Source of the DNA: Ginglymostoma cirratum
Lineage: Eukaryota
Length of the DNA stretch: 64,000 nucleotides
Assembly (NCBI GenBank): GCA_024137785.1
Contig: JAHRHZ010000098.1
Location: forward strand, 16,591,563 to 16,655,562
Reading direction: 5' to 3'
In this document: in pieces, positions 60,362 through 64,000 of the stretch
How the letters are laid out: each line of letters begins with the position of its first letter
How positions within the stretch are numbered: the first letter of the stretch is position 1
Notes under the pieces: generated by a model
Told to the model about the DNA's origin: nothing
What the model saw: the letters and a program-made list of their open reading frames with translations, nothing else
Databases searched by the model: none
Program-made: the position numbers and the translations under genes

Positions 60362-62547
60362 GGATAATGAAAAGGGTTTTATGGTTGGAATACAAGTTTG
60401 GCAACCCATTTCATTGGTCCCTGCTCTCAATATTTGCTGAGATGATCCTTGTGCTGATCAGAACACTACATTTCGATCCTCCTTCACCAGATACTTTTAC
60501 TTGTTTGTAGGAAACGGAAGGTGACTTGTTCCCACCCATAGGGTTTTTTGACTTAAGTTAAAAGTCACAACCTCCAGCAACTGGAATGCTGAAGTAAAGT
60601 GTCTATTTTCAGGTCTGAGATGCTTTTTCCTTCAGAACAATAAACAGCTCTTTCTCCTCTCGAGGTCCAATGGTTTCTGCGCAAATATTCATACCTACAA
60701 GCTGCTCAGCTACCTGGAGCCAATCACATAGTTGTTGGCAGGCAGAAGGCCTTTGTCATTGGTCTGTGGACTAGTGACCAGTTAGCAATCATCTACCTGT
60801 TGCTGGCCAACCGTCCATTCTTACACACTGCTTGATTCCAGCTCATCTGCAAACTCGGCTTCCACTACTGCTTGAACAAGAGGCTGTGTAACAGTACCTT
60901 ACAGTGAGTGTCAGCTTACTTGCTTTAAAAATGTGCAGCAATTCTTCAAGAATCCTTGGTTTTTAAAAATGCCATTTTTCCATTTCAGGCCACAACAAAA
61001 ATGCTGAAAAATTAAAAAAGCATGGTCTTTACAACAGTCTTACACTATTACCCAGAGCTTAAATTACCATCCACGTCCATGACACTTCAGGTTGAGTATT
61101 ACAGTGTCATAAAACTTCAGGAGGCTTGTTCCAATTCATTTTTACCGATGTTCCACTTTGTTCAGTGCACAGTGCGCGTGGTGCTATGGGCATAGAATTA
61201 AAGTGGTAAATGCCAGGAAGCCATTCCATGGGATCTTTCTGGATGTCTAAAAAAATCCACATCTATCCTGGGAAGGCAATGTTTATTTTTCTCATCCAAC
61301 TCCTATTAAGGACTGCATAGAATTGCAGCAAGAGCGATTTCACAGCTTCACATATAGCTATCATCTCCTTCAGCTAAATACCCAAACTGTCAGCCATAAA
61401 AAGGGTTAGATCTACTCCTGTGATTTTCCATATCTGATCTGCCAGTTGTGTTCAATAGTAGCTATCAACCTCCCTTGGATGTCAAGATTTCTCATCATCT
61501 GCCACCTATTGACTTTTCTCCATTTGTGAAAAAGCACATTGGGACATACTTAAAGATGAGAATGATCCAGCTTTGAATGCATTGCATTAAATCCCTTCAC
61601 TATTTCCACAAAGGGTCACAGGAGTGCAGTAATCTTCACCCCATTTTGATTTTTAACCTGAAATCACCCTTTAAATCTTTAAATTTTCTTTTGCCAAGGC
61701 TATGATCAATTAAGCCCAAAACCTCTAGTAAGCATTGACACTTACACAAATTGGAATGGATTGATGAACTACTGAGAACACTGAATAATGATTTGTAAAT
61801 AGAAGGACAGGCAATCCCTGAATGTTTCAGCCTAGAATTTGAATGTTACACAAATATGGGCAGGTTCTGTTCTCAGGGTCTGTGGGTTACAAAGACATTG
61901 CCCTCCACCTATAGAGTTCTTGTGTGGGATTATAGCAATTGTCAAGCTGTGGAATGGTGTCATAGTGGGGAAAAGTTTGGTAAGCTCTGATATACAGTCA
62001 GGTGAAGGGACTCACAAATCTTATACACCATTACGCCAGACATGCAAGCCACTCCAGCTGATGATTACCTTGGATTTAATAAAAGATATAGATAGATTAC
62101 ACCATTTTCAGATGATGGTCGTTTTGGATTAACATTGACACAATCTAATATTTCATAATTTTGTGAAAATTGTTGATTGTTTTGAGTTCATAAATACAAT
62201 CCAGCTGATACCACACTTGAAATGACAATGGGCCAGACTTCCTGAGGAGTGGTGATCTCATGCAGACTGGCACTCCAGCTCTTTTGTTTGATGGAAAAAG
62301 AGAGATCCTCATTTCTGACAGGAGATTCTCATTTGGACAGCCTCAGAAATGCAGGGTCATATTTCAATTCTGACAGTTCTTTTGTAGTCAGGATTGTCAG
62401 AGGAAGGCAAGCCAAGTTCACTTTACACAGCAGTCAGCTGCCATATACTGAAATTGAAAGATCTTGATAGCCATTTTGATAGCTGCTGTCAAAATGGCTA
62501 AGTCTTTAGGTTTAAGGGCAATATTAGGTGCAGGAAGAGCAAGATGC

Positions 62548-62720
62548 CAGACGGTTGGTGTTGAGGAGGGGTAGGTGCCATGTAAGTATTGTGTCAGGTG
62601 AGTAGGGTGTCAGCTGGTAGGATGCCAGGTTGGTTGGGCATAGCAAGCCAGGTAAAGACCGTGCCAGGTAGGTAGGGTGCCAGTTGGGTAGGGAGTGGAG
62701 GACTAGCTGGGTAGGGTGCG
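62548..62720. repeat. Degenerate G-rich tandem repeat (about 16-bp unit, ggtagggtgccag)
   Basis: Recurrent ggtaggtgcca, gtagggtgtcag, ggtaggatgccag, ggtagggtgccag, gggtagggtgc. Confidence 0.6.
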
Positions 62721-63698
62721 AAACAACATGGAGGGCAGTTAAGTGTTTAAGATAGGTCAGCGTGTAATGGAGAAATAGATCCAGCAGAGATGATGGATTT
62801 TGGGACTGAGATGTTCGGATTTGGCAGCTCTCCTTCCATCAGCGCTGGAATAATAATTCTGTATTCCCTATTGTTCTTGCAAAGTAAGGTTGTTGCTCAG
62901 TCTCTTCCTGAATTCACTTGCATCATTACAACTGTAGAATCGTTCATGAACAATTGTAATTGGGCAATGTAGCAGAACATAGTTTTTGTTTCATTCCTTC
63001 TTGTATTTAAAGTGGTAACCAGGTGCAACTTTACTAATCTAATGAAAATGGGTTAATCACGAAATAAATAGTTTGAAGGAGAGCATCCATATACTTCACC
63101 TTTGGTTAATATGATCTGAAAATCACTGAAAATCGCTCAAAAATAAAAACATTCTGAGCCATTTGAACTTCATTGGTGAAGACACTAGTTTCTCAGTAAT
63201 TTTTATTTGCATGATGTAAAAACTTTAAAAATGATCCTACTCCTCCCGTTCCATTTAATTTGGAGACCAGCTAATCGCAGAGCAATGGGCAGAAAATCAC
63301 CATGTTTTTCAATCTGGTGTGTGGGCCAGGTACTAGTAAAGTGATTTTTAAACAAGCATTAAATATGGTGGGAATGTTTTCACACTTGATATAATTTATG
63401 TTTAAAATTCCCCAACCTCTGGTGCTGGTTCGGCTGCTTTCAGCTGAATGCTGCTGCTACTAATACCAGAGCAAACTATGGGAACGCTGCCTCCCATTCT
63501 TCAAGCCTGTACACCATTGGTGCAGTGTGTTACCCATTTCAGCTTTTATCCTGATCTATCCTTACTGTCACAGCCTCGAGAGAAGATGCCAAGAGATTTT
63601 CTGTATATTTGCTTTTATTTTTAAGAGCTTCAGAATTGCATTATGTCATTAATCTAATTTATGAATTGTTCGATTCATGGATTTGTTTCTCCAAACAG

Positions 63699-63845
63699 GG
63701 CAAAAGCAAAGAAGGGTGTGAAGATTGTTAACGTCAGACCCAGCATCCCAAACTTGTGGGAGGTTAAACAGGAGATGGGAAATGGGGGCAAACACTCGAT
63801 TGCAACTGTTGTTTGCCGAAAGAGACCTGGTGCTTTAAGTGGCAG
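63699..63845 (+). other. Candidate 147-nt symmetric exon (unrecognised product)
   Basis: Acceptor tttgtttctccaaacag, donor cag|gtaaga, length divisible by 3, and one open frame (phase 2-2). I recognise no homology. Confidence 0.2.
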
Positions 63846-64000
63846 GTAAGAGTTGATCAGTAACCTTAATCACACTACATAACTATGATGCAACTGGTAA
63901 CAGTTGAATATGTCAGAGGCGATATTATATTCTATTCAAGGTTGAGTCACAAAATCAATGCTTTATTTGGGATGTTCACAGTGGATTATTCAACGTCTGA

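Overview
Eukaryotic, AT-rich, repeat-dense non-coding DNA, most likely from a shark or other elasmobranch. This is inferred from several HE1-type V-SINEs, their CR1/HER1-type LINE partners and Deu-domain SINEs. No intact host protein-coding gene, functional tRNA/rRNA gene or CRISPR array can be supported. The ORF-track entries are chance ORFs, microsatellite translations or decayed transposon genes, so the window looks like a large intron or gene desert, with one 400-N assembly gap. Recognisable fossils include CR1, RTE and CR1/L2-type LINE fragments, a Tigger/pogo transposon and a MITE sharing its TIRs, a Harbinger transposase relic, an interrupted solo LTR and a 5S rRNA pseudogene. The most striking signal is at least 10 short (40-550 bp) Penelope-like-element (PLE) terminal-repeat derivatives from about four families. 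Several are fold-back palindromes with 10-14 bp target-site duplications, and most carry a minimal hammerhead-ribozyme core (CUGANGA-stem II-GAAA-NUH). One copy still carries the GIY-YIG C-terminus, tying that family to PLEs. Family names come from my recognition of motifs, not from a database search, and boundaries of old elements are approximate.
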